Shown here piece after piece: positions 1 to 9,135 of a stretch of DNA of 64,000 nt. The notes below the pieces were generated by a model. The model was not told the DNA's origin and made no database searches. It was given only the letters and a program-made list of their open reading frames with translations. The position numbers and the translations under genes are program-made. The stretch is from a virus. The stretch's first letter is position 1, and each line of letters opens with the position of its first letter. The stretch is from positions 96,001-160,000 of IMG/VR virus record IMGVR_UViG_3300048997_000130; one strand, given 5' to 3'.

Positions 1-148
1 TGGCCGGCTTCATGGCCTGTTCGATTTTCTCTCGCTGTTCAAGACTTGGATGCGTGGCCACGACTTGCTCGGACAAAGATTGGAACCGGACAGCGTCACT
101 GTTGAAATGCGCCAGAATGAGTTCACTTAGCAAATCAGGCTTTTTCAT
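1..148 (-). CDS. partial hypothetical protein (runs off window start)
   Basis: ATG at 148, open frame MKKPDLLSELILAHF... to position 1. Confidence 0.35.
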   Translation of the reverse strand, partial: MKKPDLLSELILAHFNSDAVRFQSLSEQVVATHPSLEQREKIEQAMKPA

Positions 149-207
149 TTATGATGTTACCTTCGAATGAAATTTCAACCTTCATGGTTCGAAACCCCCA
201 AACCAAA

Positions 208-435
208 TCATTCAGATTGAGTGAATTCAATGACGGTCAGATCAAAAATGTCTTGAAGTTCGTCCACGGAAATGTCTGCCGCAAGACAAGTGCGAATGAG
301 ATGTTGTAAAGACTGCCTGAGGGGAGGAGGACTTGGCGAACCAGAAATGTGATTGTTGACGCTGGATTTCAAATCCGTTAGCATTCGAACCATGTCCGAC
401 AATGATGGAGGAGCTGGCGGATTTCCTTGAGACAT
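208..435 (-). CDS. hypothetical protein with C-terminal tag (Q variant)
   Basis: ends DELQDIFDLTVIEFTQSE; C-terminal half resembles 436..738. Confidence 0.75.
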   Translation of the reverse strand: MSQGNPPAPPSLSDMVRMLTDLKSSVNNHISGSPSPPPLRQSLQHLIRTCLAADISVDELQDIFDLTVIEFTQSE

Positions 436-738
436 TTATTCTTCTTGCGTGACTTCGATGGCTTCCAGCCTGAAAATTTCTATGATGCGTTCAATGGGAA
501 CGTTGTTTTGGAAACAACGCCTGAGCGCCTGCCTTAAATCAACTTCCGGAGCGCTTTCTGCGGGAAATGATTTAATGTTTTCCAAATCATGAATGACGGT
601 GGATAAATCTTCGGTGTAGAACTTGGAGGGAAGATGACCGGGATTGGAAAATGTGCCGTTATGTGCATTCAAATCAACTGGCGATATGGATTGGTTGGAC
701 GTCGCCAGCAAACGGGCAATGTGTGATTTGATGTCCAT
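436..738 (-). CDS. hypothetical protein with C-terminal tag (Q variant)
   Basis: ends ERIIEIFRLEAIEVTQEE; abuts 208..435. Confidence 0.75.
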   Translation of the reverse strand: MDIKSHIARLLATSNQSISPVDLNAHNGTFSNPGHLPSKFYTEDLSTVIHDLENIKSFPAESAPEVDLRQALRRCFQNNVPIERIIEIFRLEAIEVTQEE

Positions 739-757
739 TTCACAAAATTATACAGAA

Positions 758-1117
758 TTACTCAACCACAGTCAAATGTTCTGGGAGATAAGAATATCGA
801 AGATTTTCAGGCTCCCAACGCACATCGACCTCTGGACCGATGTTTTCCAAGTTAAATCTGGACGTGCCAGGTTTATGATTGTTGAAATCAGTGAGTCCAA
901 GAACGACTCCTGTCGAATTTCCAAATTCGGCAACGTGCCTGGACGAACAAGCTAGACAATCGTCATCTAAGAACGGACCCGTATGTGCCTGAATGCAGTT
1001 CCCGATGAGCAAAGCTTTAAAGGAATCCGAAAGTCGAACCCGAGTGCCCTTTTCCATTTCTAAGTTTACATTTGGAACAAGAAATCCTAATGGCCTTATA
1101 TTGGACAGAGGACCCAA
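758..1117 (-). CDS. hypothetical protein
   Basis: ORF in co-oriented array; start may be MEKG. Confidence 0.6.
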   Translation of the reverse strand: MGPLSNIRPLGFLVPNVNLEMEKGTRVRLSDSFKALLIGNCIQAHTGPFLDDDCLACSSRHVAEFGNSTGVVLGLTDFNNHKPGTSRFNLENIGPEVDVRWEPENLRYSYLPEHLTVVE

Positions 1118-1164
1118 AGCCGCGGGGAAATTTAGATTCTTGTTCCAAAAAGGTTATTTAAAAA

Positions 1165-1554
1165 TTACGTTTTAAGGACGATGTTTCCCCATTTGGTGGT
1201 CTGAGGTCTTCTGTGGGCTCGCACCATAATGCCAGTTTTTACTGCGTCGGATGGAGGATCTTTACCACGGAAATGGCAAGCTTCTAGGAGAATCGGGAAA
1301 TAGAAAGTTTCGTTTCCCGATTCTATTCGAATCATATTACATTGATGTTTAGTGCTTTTAGCAATTTGGAGAATTCCTGAAAGGAGGTCCCAAAGATTGC
1401 GGCGAGTCCTGACGCCTCGTTGTTTCCATGATGTTAGAAGTAAATTCCATTGTTCTAGTGCATAACGAGCGAGAGATCGAGCTTCAGGTGAGGATGATGA
1501 AATGGATACGCGTTTCAACCATTCTGGAGCGGTTTCATGACCATTACGTGGCAT
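1165..1554 (-). CDS. hypothetical protein
   Basis: 129 aa ORF in co-oriented array. Confidence 0.6.
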   Translation of the reverse strand: MPRNGHETAPEWLKRVSISSSSPEARSLARYALEQWNLLLTSWKQRGVRTRRNLWDLLSGILQIAKSTKHQCNMIRIESGNETFYFPILLEACHFRGKDPPSDAVKTGIMVRAHRRPQTTKWGNIVLKT

Positions 1555-1611
1555 GAATTAAAAATACAATTGAACTCCTCTATGCAAAATTAATATACTC
1601 CAAAATCGAAC

Positions 1612-1866
1612 CTAATCATTTTGGAAAGGCCCCACCACGTACAACTCATTTCCGGAATTTTTTAAAGTAATATGCATCTTTTCCAGAAGGGCTCCGTCAC
1701 ATACAAAATATATTTTTGAAGTAATATATATTTTTCTTTTCGGGCCCCACCACGTACAACCCGGACTACCCATTTGAATAGGGGGACCCGCCCGGATTTC
1801 TCGTGCATCCGGTTCCCCTCCAAAAAGACTTCCCCCGGTGATTCCTATACTATCTATGTATGGCAT
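1612..1866 (-). CDS. hypothetical protein
   Basis: 84 aa ORF, locally AT-rich. Confidence 0.5.
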   Translation of the reverse strand: MPYIDSIGITGGSLFGGEPDAREIRAGPPIQMGSPGCTWWGPKRKIYITSKIYFVCDGALLEKMHITLKNSGNELYVVGPFQND

Positions 1867-1998
1867 ATACTAATTATTAGGGGGTGGATATTTATATACT
1901 AGTATCTGGATAGATATTCCCTCCGGGGAGGATGGGACTGTTATCTCCGGGTCCCCTCCTCCCCGCGTCGCGGGGAGGAGGTTAGATTTCTGCGCGGT

Positions 1999-2295
1999 TT
2001 AGCGCTGGCGGCATTTGCCTTCCATGAGTGACCGGGCTTGCTCGGCGAACAAGATGGCTCGCGAACCTTTCGGCCAGGCTCGGTGGATTTGCGGGTCCGG
2101 ATGGTCCTCATCGATTGTGACAACGATGGCTTCGGACTTGGGGTCGTACATGAACGGGCTGCCTGCTTGTCCGGTGTCGTAGAACCGGACTTGGACAAGT
2201 TTGTTATGGAGCAAGCCACGAACGTAATGGACGCCCGACTTAGCAGCTTCGATTTGTTCCTCGGAATACACTGGCTGGGTCTGCGATTTCTTCAT
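1999..2295 (-). CDS. hypothetical protein
   Basis: directly downstream of promoter/SD cassette at 2302..2343. Confidence 0.8.
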   Translation of the reverse strand: MKKSQTQPVYSEEQIEAAKSGVHYVRGLLHNKLVQVRFYDTGQAGSPFMYDPKSEAIVVTIDEDHPDPQIHRAWPKGSRAILFAEQARSLMEGKCRQR

Positions 2296-2301
2296 TTGTC
2301 C

Positions 2302-2580
2302 GAACCTCCAGTCCTGACTATAGAGGAACCCGGGAGATTTACGAGATTTTCTGCCAGGTCAGCCCGCCCATGTTTTGCCAGACGCCGACCGTGATTTGCG
2401 AATTTGGGGATGCTGTCTGGAATTCCCGCTTCTTCTTGTTAACGCCCGACCGTGATTTGTACAGGCCTGCCGCCGGCTGAGGTTGACCGTTTACTTCCAC
2501 CACCCACCACTGATTTTCTGGAAGAGCTTTAGGCACTAGAACCTCCAGTCCTGACTATAAAGGAACCCGGGAGATTTGCG
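2302..2580 (-). repeat. 42-nt direct repeat of the promoter cassette (2302..2343 and 2539..2580)
   Basis: 40/42 identical; flanks the 65-aa gene 2339..2536. Confidence 0.9.
2339..2536 (-). CDS. hypothetical protein
   Basis: GTG start after GGAGGTT; stop lies inside the next GTAAAT. Confidence 0.75.
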   Translation of the reverse strand: MPKALPENQWWVVEVNGQPQPAAGLYKSRSGVNKKKREFQTASPNSQITVGVWQNMGGLTWQKIS

Positions 2581-2599
2581 GCTCCCGGGTTCCTGATTT

Positions 2600-2791
2600 T
2601 CAGCGGAAAAGGGCGTTTTCGAGGTTGGCGTCGTCGAACTTGGCACCCGAGAGATTCGCGTCACGGAAGTCCGCATTGCGGAGGTCGGCCCCACGGAAGT
2701 CCGCATTGCGGAGATTAGCGCCTTGGAAATTAGCACACTGGAGGTTGGAACCTGCAAAATTGCCATTCTCGAGATTTTGAACGTTGGTCAT
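2600..2791 (-). CDS. pentapeptide repeat protein
   Basis: tandem A[DN][LF]xx units (ANFQG ANLRN ADFRG ADLRN ADFRD ANLSG AKFDD ANLEN); ATG 2791 after GGGAG. Confidence 0.9.
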   Translation of the reverse strand: MTNVQNLENGNFAGSNLQCANFQGANLRNADFRGADLRNADFRDANLSGAKFDDANLENALFR

Positions 2792-2818
2792 TTTCTGGAA
2801 TCTCCCAATTTCTGCTAA

Positions 2819-2860
2819 AGCGCCCGGGACCAAATTTCCGCTTTCTGGTCCCCGGGCGCT
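2819..2860. terminator. GC-rich hairpin
   Basis: CGCCCGGGACCA...TGGTCCCCGGGCG imperfect inverted repeat between genes. Confidence 0.45.
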
Positions 2861-2872
2861 TGGTTCGAGCTG

Positions 2873-3199
2873 TTAGCGACCGGCGAGCAGGATCTCACTG
2901 GTTCCGGCCTGGCTTGTGAAGCCCGAGCCGCCGTGCGTGCGTGAAGATCCCGGCCCGAACCAGCGGTCATTGGACGAAGTGGTGAAACCTCGGGTGCGCT
3001 TGAGCGCCAGGCGAGTCTCCAGGGCAAGCCCGAAGCTCTCGAGCGCCTGGCGAATGCTGGCGACCGGCGTGCGCAGCCGAAAGTTCAGGGCGGTCAGGTC
3101 TTCGTGGGAAAAAGTCTCTTTGTCGTCGTCCATGCAAAACTGCACGAACGCTTCGATGCTTGCGAACTCAGGTGCCGACTTGAACGTGATATTTGCCAT
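2873..3199 (-). CDS. hypothetical protein
   Basis: start MANITF after cassette at 3208. Confidence 0.8.
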   Translation of the reverse strand: MANITFKSAPEFASIEAFVQFCMDDDKETFSHEDLTALNFRLRTPVASIRQALESFGLALETRLALKRTRGFTTSSNDRWFGPGSSRTHGGSGFTSQAGTSEILLAGR

Positions 3200-3351
3200 T
3201 TTGCCAGTGCCTCCATTCCCTTCTATGCTCGGAGGCACTGGATTTACGAAGACCGGGAAACGGCCTTTTGGAGACACTGGACGCCCTGATATAGCTAGGG
3301 GATTAATTCAAGCGCAAGGAAAACCCCACGGAACGTCAGGACTACCCATTC

Positions 3352-3666
3352 CTACATACGAATCTTGGCTTTGCCGTCTTGGACCGACAGCACGTCCAGG
3401 TGTTTCTCTTCTTTCAGATACCTGTAGAATCTGAAATCTTCCTCGTCCGCATCCCGGCAGTCTTCACGTGAGATGAAACCCAGGTCGGGATGTCCAAACG
3501 TGAGATCCGAAAAAGTCAGTTCGAAGGTGACGATTTTGGACGATTTCTTGGCCATAGGCTTTACGCAATCTCCGTTTTGATGTCCGGCCAGGGAAACTTT
3601 CCCGTGCTCTCGAATCCAACTATAACGATAGCCGCAAAATTTGCAGAATTCGGCAGGGACGGTCAT
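3352..3666 (-). CDS. hypothetical protein with N-terminal Zn-binding motif
   Basis: CKFC...H...C. Confidence 0.65.
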   Translation of the reverse strand: MTVPAEFCKFCGYRYSWIREHGKVSLAGHQNGDCVKPMAKKSSKIVTFELTFSDLTFGHPDLGFISREDCRDADEEDFRFYRYLKEEKHLDVLSVQDGKAKIRM

Positions 3667-3667
3667 C

Positions 3668-3952
3668 TTAGCCTCGAATCAATTTTTGCTCGGGTTCGAA
3701 AAGAGCAATACGAATTATTGAAGTCAGTTTATCTGCTTGGACTTCTAGGCCGGTTATCGAATTCCAAATCTCTCTATGCTTTGAAGTCCCGAATTTACGC
3801 TTGGACAGGGCCACGTTGAGCTTGCCAATCGTTTGGTAAATGCTCGGGAGTTCATTCAAAGCTGCCCAAGCCTCGTGTTTTAGATTGGAAATCATCGGGT
3901 TTTTCTCGCGTGCGCGCGTCATGCACGTCGCGATTCGCGCGCACAAGGGCAT
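3668..3952 (-). CDS. hypothetical protein
   Basis: abuts next gene; start uncertain (possibly MISNLK). Confidence 0.55.
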   Translation of the reverse strand: MPLCARIATCMTRAREKNPMISNLKHEAWAALNELPSIYQTIGKLNVALSKRKFGTSKHREIWNSITGLEVQADKLTSIIRIALFEPEQKLIRG

Positions 3953-4088
3953 TCAAATTGGGATAATTTCAGGAAAATCGGAAGCTCGTCTCTCCGAGCT
4001 GTCACGCCGAACCACAGGTGGCGTTCCCCGCCCGATCCTTTAGAATCGATCAGGTTAACATTTGCTGCTACGAAAGATGGAGGGAAAT

Positions 4089-4253
4089 TTACGAGACCGT
4101 CATGACTTCGTAGCGAACGTTTTTGCGTTCGAGAATGACGGCGTTGGGCCGGACGCCCACGACAACGTAGCCCAGATCCGTGAAATGCGCCAGGCCAATG
4201 GCCCGGTCGAGCACATGCTGGAAAGAACAACTTTTGAGAACTTGAATTTCCAT
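4089..4253 (-). CDS. small hypothetical protein (54 aa, absent from ORF track)
   Basis: MEIQVLKSCSF...EVMTVS; follows cassette 4256, stop inside GTAAAT. Confidence 0.7.
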   Translation of the reverse strand: MEIQVLKSCSFQHVLDRAIGLAHFTDLGYVVVGVRPNAVILERKNVRYEVMTVS

Positions 4254-4292
4254 GGGAATCTCCACCCCTCACTATAGGAAGAATCTCGGGAC

Positions 4293-4547
4293 TTACGCCA
4301 GCCATTCCACGCGGGTTAGACACCACATATACTGGCCATGCGTGGCATTATATACCGATTGCTCTCGGGCAATTCCGAGCTCGGCCAGGTGGTTGAGGCT
4401 GAACACCACGCTGGTCAACGTGAAACCGGCTTCGCGGGCGATTTCGACAGGGTCGGCATGGCCGGCGCGCGACAAATGACGCGCGACAGCACGAGTTTCC
4501 AAGGCCAAGTCATGCGATTTGAGCGTGGCGTTCAGTTCTTGGTTCAT
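4293..4547 (-). CDS. winged helix-turn-helix protein
   Basis: ADPVEIAREAGFTLTSVVFSLNHLAELGIA pattern. Confidence 0.6.
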   Translation of the reverse strand: MNQELNATLKSHDLALETRAVARHLSRAGHADPVEIAREAGFTLTSVVFSLNHLAELGIAREQSVYNATHGQYMWCLTRVEWLA

Positions 4548-4591
4548 TTGGTCCGAGCCTCCACCCTACGCTAAGTTCAAGAAACCCAGAT

Positions 4592-5128
4592 TTACACTGT
4601 CCGGATTTGAGGCCGACAATACTGCGCTTTCCCGCCAATGTGCTCAACGAGCCGCACCTGGATTTCCGACCGGCCGTTCAGAATCTGAGCTGCCACACGC
4701 GTATGATTTTGCACATAATAAACGCCATCTTTCACAACCACCAGAGGCAGTTCTTGAGGCGCGTTTTCCGTGTACTTTCTGAGGCCGTCTCGGTATACGT
4801 AGTCTTGCACGGGAACCAGGACGGAAGCTGGAAGCTCGGTTTTAACTGCCAGCTTCAGAAATGCCTTCCTGGAGAACCCGAAAATCACCGGCGTGGAAGC
4901 GTTCTTGAAAATGCTTCCAATATCCACGATGTTCTCGCGTTGGGCGTTGGGTCCAAAGCCTCGCGACACGGTCTCCTCGGGCAAGCTCGGAAGCGCATCA
5001 ATGATGTCCAAAATGTTTTGTCGTGAGTTCATTTCCCGGGTGCCTCCAGTCCGTTCTAAACCTTGGAGACTCGGATTTACGCGTGGACACGACGGGATTC
5101 GAACCCGCGATGACTTGGGAATGTTCAT
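4592..5128 (-). CDS. ParB/Srx-like domain protein
   Basis: LPLVVVKDGVYYVQNHTRVAAQILNGRSEIQVRLV resembles the ParB-N PxxV..DGHHR..A..G motif with a divergent DG; start may be MNSRQ. Confidence 0.5.
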   Translation of the reverse strand: MNIPKSSRVRIPSCPRVNPSLQGLERTGGTREMNSRQNILDIIDALPSLPEETVSRGFGPNAQRENIVDIGSIFKNASTPVIFGFSRKAFLKLAVKTELPASVLVPVQDYVYRDGLRKYTENAPQELPLVVVKDGVYYVQNHTRVAAQILNGRSEIQVRLVEHIGGKAQYCRPQIRTV

Positions 5129-5340
5129 GGACTTGCTCCGGGGAACGCCATGCCCGACCTTTGCCAGTCTGAGGTATCGTGCCCCCGGCAGCCATCACTT
5201 CTCGAAGGACAAGGTCAAATCCGGTGCAAATTAGACAGTTGGGGGTCCATCTAATCGGCTGGTTTTGGATTTGACCTTATCTCTCGAGAAGTGATGTCCT
5301 GTCCAATTTTACACTTGGAACCCGGGAATTTACGGAATTT

Positions 5341-5544
5341 TCAATCTTCCAGCGGGCGATTGACGTAGATGAGCGATTCCAAGTGTCGGCTTCCCCGCGC
5401 AAATTCGGCTTTAGCATCCGGCCGACTGATAACAAACGGATCGAATCGCAGCAAGCCCTGAATCAGAATGGCGTTGCCATGGACTTCACTTGTGCAAAGC
5501 GTCTTCCTGACCGACCCACCAATGTTCCAAGTTGCGTCTTTCAT
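5341..5544 (-). CDS. hypothetical protein
   Basis: follows cassette 5551. Confidence 0.75.
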   Translation of the reverse strand: MKDATWNIGGSVRKTLCTSEVHGNAILIQGLLRFDPFVISRPDAKAEFARGSRHLESLIYVNRPLED

Positions 5545-5596
5545 TTAGGTGAACCTCCAGTTGGGAACTACGGGAAGAATCTAGAAATTTACACAC

Positions 5597-6076
5597 TCAG
5601 TTGTGTTGGATTTCGTAGACTTGGACAGCTTTTTGAAGAAATGGGATTTGTTTTAGCAACTGCTGGTCTCGGACCGAAATAAAAGGTTGCACGAGTTGTT
5701 CGAAAGAAACCCTATCCAAAAGTTCTTGCTCACTGAACGAGCCCGGGAACGCTACCCAGAAATCCATGAGAGCCGTCGTTTCCCATCGGGGAGTTCCTTT
5801 TTGAGCGGCCGGCTTCGGAGCCCCTTCCAGAAGCCGGGAGAGCACTTGGTCTTTCGACAACACTCCAGCTTTGGCAAATTCCACCAACCGCCGGAAGTCC
5901 GTGTCCGACATATTGGAATGAAAGAACGCCGACAGTACATCATCTTCAGAAATGTCCCAACGGACTAAAGCATCTCGATTGATCTTTTTCAACAAGAACT
6001 TGCTAAGGACGTTGGTATTCCGATTTTCCATATGACGCAAAAATTGGTCTTTGGAAAGATTTCCTGGAATCGCCAT
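5597..6076 (-). CDS. hypothetical protein with C-terminal tag (Q variant)
   Basis: start MAIPG after cassette 6084; ends QKAVQVYEIQHN. Confidence 0.75.
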   Translation of the reverse strand: MAIPGNLSKDQFLRHMENRNTNVLSKFLLKKINRDALVRWDISEDDVLSAFFHSNMSDTDFRRLVEFAKAGVLSKDQVLSRLLEGAPKPAAQKGTPRWETTALMDFWVAFPGSFSEQELLDRVSFEQLVQPFISVRDQQLLKQIPFLQKAVQVYEIQHN

Positions 6077-6120
6077 TCGGTTGGAATCTCCATCCCCTAC
6101 TATGGGTGGAGTCCGGGAAT

Positions 6121-6360
6121 TTACGAAGCTTGAGACTGATCGAACGCTCCAAGCGGGCAAATTTCGACCCAAACTTCCTGAACGGGGGTGTTAAGCCCCA
6201 AATTCGGATCTGCAGGAACCCAGACCTCGCCTTGCAGTTGGGCAGACACGAAGTTCCCATATGCGCCGGCTTCCTCGGCGGCCGCGACGAGTTCAGGCGA
6301 GGGCTTTCCCAAAACCCGGCACGTATCTACACTCATCACTCTTGGGAAATCTGAATTCAT
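6121..6360 (-). CDS. hypothetical protein
   Basis: stop inside GTAAAT. Confidence 0.65.
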   Translation of the reverse strand: MNSDFPRVMSVDTCRVLGKPSPELVAAAEEAGAYGNFVSAQLQGEVWVPADPNLGLNTPVQEVWVEICPLGAFDQSQAS

Positions 6361-6416
6361 TTGTTAATTTCTTTCATGAAACTCTCTATCTTGGAGTACA
6401 TAAAGCCCGTTCAGAC

Positions 6417-6743
6417 TTACGACGAACTGGCCTCAAACATCAACCAGGTGTCTTGTGCCGGACCGTTCGGACCGCGCCAAGCCAACTCCAGGGTCCCGTC
6501 ACAGTCAAACATTTTAGCCAAGTCCGATTCGCCTGGCAAAGTCTCGTGAGGGGCCCAAACCCTGAGGCCGAGACCCCCAGCTGAGCTCGGAAAAAATTGT
6601 GCCAATTTTTGGCCAGTCATCGGGAATGGCAAAACACTGAAAAATCCGGTTTCGCCATGGACCGTCCACAATTTATCCGCTCCCGGGCCTTGCAGGAACT
6701 CCAGCAAAGCTGGCATCTCAACATCAACGATTACGTCTTCCAT
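6417..6743 (-). CDS. hypothetical protein
   Basis: 108 aa ORF in array. Confidence 0.6.
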   Translation of the reverse strand: MEDVIVDVEMPALLEFLQGPGADKLWTVHGETGFFSVLPFPMTGQKLAQFFPSSAGGLGLRVWAPHETLPGESDLAKMFDCDGTLELAWRGPNGPAQDTWLMFEASSS

Positions 6744-6761
6744 GGTTTTTCCGGAGCCTTT

Positions 6762-7259
6762 TCAGGCTTTCTCGTAAGCTTCCTTCACTTGCGCCATGGT
6801 CAGTGTGCCCTCGGCAACCAGAACGTCCAGAATGCCAGGAGCAGCGTGGATTCTGCCGTGTTCGCGCTTGAGCCACAGCGACGGCGTGTCCTCGACCGGT
6901 TCCAACGCGCGCACCAAATCCGGGACATCTTTGAGGAGTACAGCCTCGTGTTCATAGCCCCCGTCCGGGAAAATGTGCCAACGCTTATAGACGTCGCAAT
7001 AGCGAACTGCGAGCAGTTCGCCTTTTTTGATTGGCATGGCCCGCCAATCGCGCGTCTTGCGCTTGTCCGGGCGGACCGCAGGCAGGTCTTGGGTGACGCG
7101 GAAAGTCCCGGATTCCGGACTCCAATGCGATTCAATGGCCACGCAACATCGCCCGCAACAAAGCGTTCCAAGATGTTTGTCACCACGCCCGGACCAATCC
7201 CCGAGGCATCCAATGCTTCCTTTTTGAATTTCCGACATTTGCATCATCTCCAATTTCAA
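6762..7259 (-). CDS. hypothetical protein
   Basis: follows cassette 7245; true start probably one of the internal Met codons. Confidence 0.7.
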   Translation of the reverse strand: MKLEMMQMSEIQKGSIGCLGDWSGRGDKHLGTLCCGRCCVAIESHWSPESGTFRVTQDLPAVRPDKRKTRDWRAMPIKKGELLAVRYCDVYKRWHIFPDGGYEHEAVLLKDVPDLVRALEPVEDTPSLWLKREHGRIHAAPGILDVLVAEGTLTMAQVKEAYEKA

Positions 7260-7263
7260 ATAC

Positions 7264-7301
7264 GGTGACGGGGGCCCGATTTACGCCGGGTCCCCGTCAC
7301 C
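7264..7301. repeat. 15-bp hairpin with GTAAAT motif in the loop
   Basis: GGTGACGGGGGCCCG-ATTTACGC-CGGGTCCCCGTCACC (one G-T pair). Confidence 0.8.
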
Positions 7302-7308
7302 AAAGCTG

Positions 7309-7668
7309 TCAGACCGGGAAGAACTGGATGCGGTCGGCACCCGAACCGCGCGACCAGCGGCCGCTTGACAGGTAGTACCAGGCGCCCTCGTCGCCTCCAG
7401 GAATCTCCCGGGCCACCAGGTACAGGCCGTGCCCGTACTCGCCCGCGTCCTGCTTCGCCTGGGCCGCTCTCAGGCTCGAAACGCCCTCAGCGCGCAGGGC
7501 TTCCCGGACGCTGCCGTAGCGGACGCCGCTTTCGCCGTATTTCTGGCTAGTGTCTGTGACCCCCAAGATTTCGACGGTTTCTTCCTTGATGAAACCGGCG
7601 TTGCGGTAGACCACGCGAACCTTCATGCCCCGAGCGATGTCCGAACCCTTGATTGCTGACGTTTCCAT
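7309..7668 (-). CDS. hypothetical protein
   Basis: start METSA after cassette 7675; GC-rich. Confidence 0.8.
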   Translation of the reverse strand: METSAIKGSDIARGMKVRVVYRNAGFIKEETVEILGVTDTSQKYGESGVRYGSVREALRAEGVSSLRAAQAKQDAGEYGHGLYLVAREIPGGDEGAWYYLSSGRWSRGSGADRIQFFPV

Positions 7669-7711
7669 TTTCCTGAACCTCCATCTCTTTCTACGTGGGA
7701 ACCCGGGAGAC

Positions 7712-7993
7712 TTACGAACCGGACTCCAGCCGGGTCCGTCTGAACGCAAATTCGGCATCTGTGGATGTAAATGCGAACACGTCCACCAAATAGAAGTAGA
7801 TGGTCGGAGCAGACGTGGACAGGACTCGACCTTTAAAAGTCTCGCAGATTTTTTCCAGGCTGAACGAATGATCGTAGGCGTTTAGTATCGCCAGTTCCGC
7901 ATCTTTGAAGCTATGGTACGTGCTCCCAACTTCATTACATGGAACCCAAGTGTCATTCTGTCGAACCAACACCACGATCATTGCATTCACCAT
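7712..7993 (-). CDS. hypothetical protein
   Basis: start after cassette 7999; stop inside GTAAGT. Confidence 0.75.
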   Translation of the reverse strand: MVNAMIVVLVRQNDTWVPCNEVGSTYHSFKDAELAILNAYDHSFSLEKICETFKGRVLSTSAPTIYFYLVDVFAFTSTDAEFAFRRTRLESGS

Positions 7994-8035
7994 TGCCTCA
8001 ACCTCCAATCTTGACTACGAAAGGAGTCTGGGAAT

Positions 8036-8293
8036 CTACAGATTATCCCAGACGAACCGAGCCAAATCGCCGCGCCAGGTGCAAGACCTCTGGCCAGTTT
8101 TGGGCACCGGGAAATCATGGAAGGCGTGTTTGATGTGCTCGAGTTCGTCGCCATCCGCATAGCATTCGAGCACTTGAATGTCTTCACTGTTTCTGTTTTT
8201 GTGCTCACCCATCCGAGTCCTCGGAGGTTTTTCTCCGACATGCCATTCCAGTTCTCGATTTTTCCCTGCGTTCTGAATCATAAAGTATAGCAT
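8036..8293 (-). CDS. hypothetical protein
   Basis: start MLYFM chosen to avoid overlap; stop inside GTAGAT. Confidence 0.65.
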   Translation of the reverse strand: MLYFMIQNAGKNRELEWHVGEKPPRTRMGEHKNRNSEDIQVLECYADGDELEHIKHAFHDFPVPKTGQRSCTWRGDLARFVWDNL

Positions 8294-8325
8294 CTTGTCT
8301 TTCTGTATCGATGAAGTGTTGAAAT

Positions 8326-8562
8326 TTACGAACCGGACAGCGAACCGGGCCAGACGGCCCGAAAGGAACTTCGAATCCAAAATGATAACTTCGAAAACCA
8401 AATGATTCCCTTGGGAATCATTTGGACTGTGGATGGGTTCCGGAGCTTTTCGTATCCCGACAATGCGAGCTCGACGGTTCCACGTCCATATTGTTGTTCA
8501 AAATGCAACAAATCTCGCCAAAGATTTGTTGCAAAACCTTGTTGGAATTTGGCGTCGTACAT
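8326..8562 (-). CDS. hypothetical protein
   Basis: follows 8565..8735. Confidence 0.55.
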   Translation of the reverse strand: MYDAKFQQGFATNLWRDLLHFEQQYGRGTVELALSGYEKLRNPSTVQMIPKGIIWFSKLSFWIRSSFRAVWPGSLSGS

Positions 8563-8564
8563 GA

Positions 8565-8735
8565 CTAATTGGAAACCAATCGAACTTGCGAATCTTCAGA
8601 GACGCGGATGAGACCGGCTTCCTCGAGAACTTCCAAACCAGTGCTGGTTTCCTCGATGCCGAAATCATCCACGAGCTCTGCCAAAGGCGCTTGTCCGTAT
8701 TTCTCGAGCAGCCCCAGAATCTGTGCGCTGAACAT
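8565..8735 (-). CDS. small winged-helix-like protein (56 aa, absent from ORF track)
   Basis: MFSAQILGLLEKYGQAPLAELVDDFG...LEVLEEAGLIRV; after cassette 8743. Confidence 0.65.
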   Translation of the reverse strand: MFSAQILGLLEKYGQAPLAELVDDFGIEETSTGLEVLEEAGLIRVSEDSQVRLVSN

Positions 8736-8852
8736 CTTGCTTGAACCTCCAGCTCTGCATACGGAAAGGGCTGGGAGATTTACTTAAACATGAATTTTGT
8801 TCTGAAAAAGGCCGGGAGATTTCCGCCTTCCCAGCCTTCGGATTCCGCTATA

Positions 8853-9092
8853 TCAAGCCCAAAATTTATATGCTCTAGTAGGGAGTTCCGTTCCTTCCAC
8901 ATTGTGGGCTCCCGGATCCTGGCATTCTTCGTCCTCATCATCGCCACCATAGGCTCCAGGAGCTTGACATTCCTCGCCATCCTCGCAGCCGGCTTTCTCG
9001 CACTCATTGCAGAAGTCCGGATGCTCCACGTCATCCGAAATGGCGATTTCGAAGCAGTCCCGACATTTGCAGCTCGTGTATCCACTTGACAT
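8853..9092 (-). CDS. Cys-rich acidic protein
   Basis: CKCRDC, CNEC, internal repeat EECQ[AD]PGA; after cassette 9099. Confidence 0.7.
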   Translation of the reverse strand: MSSGYTSCKCRDCFEIAISDDVEHPDFCNECEKAGCEDGEECQAPGAYGGDDEDEECQDPGAHNVEGTELPTRAYKFWA

Positions 9093-9135
9093 TTGACCGA
9101 ACCTCCAATCCTGGATATGGAAGAACCCAGGAGAT

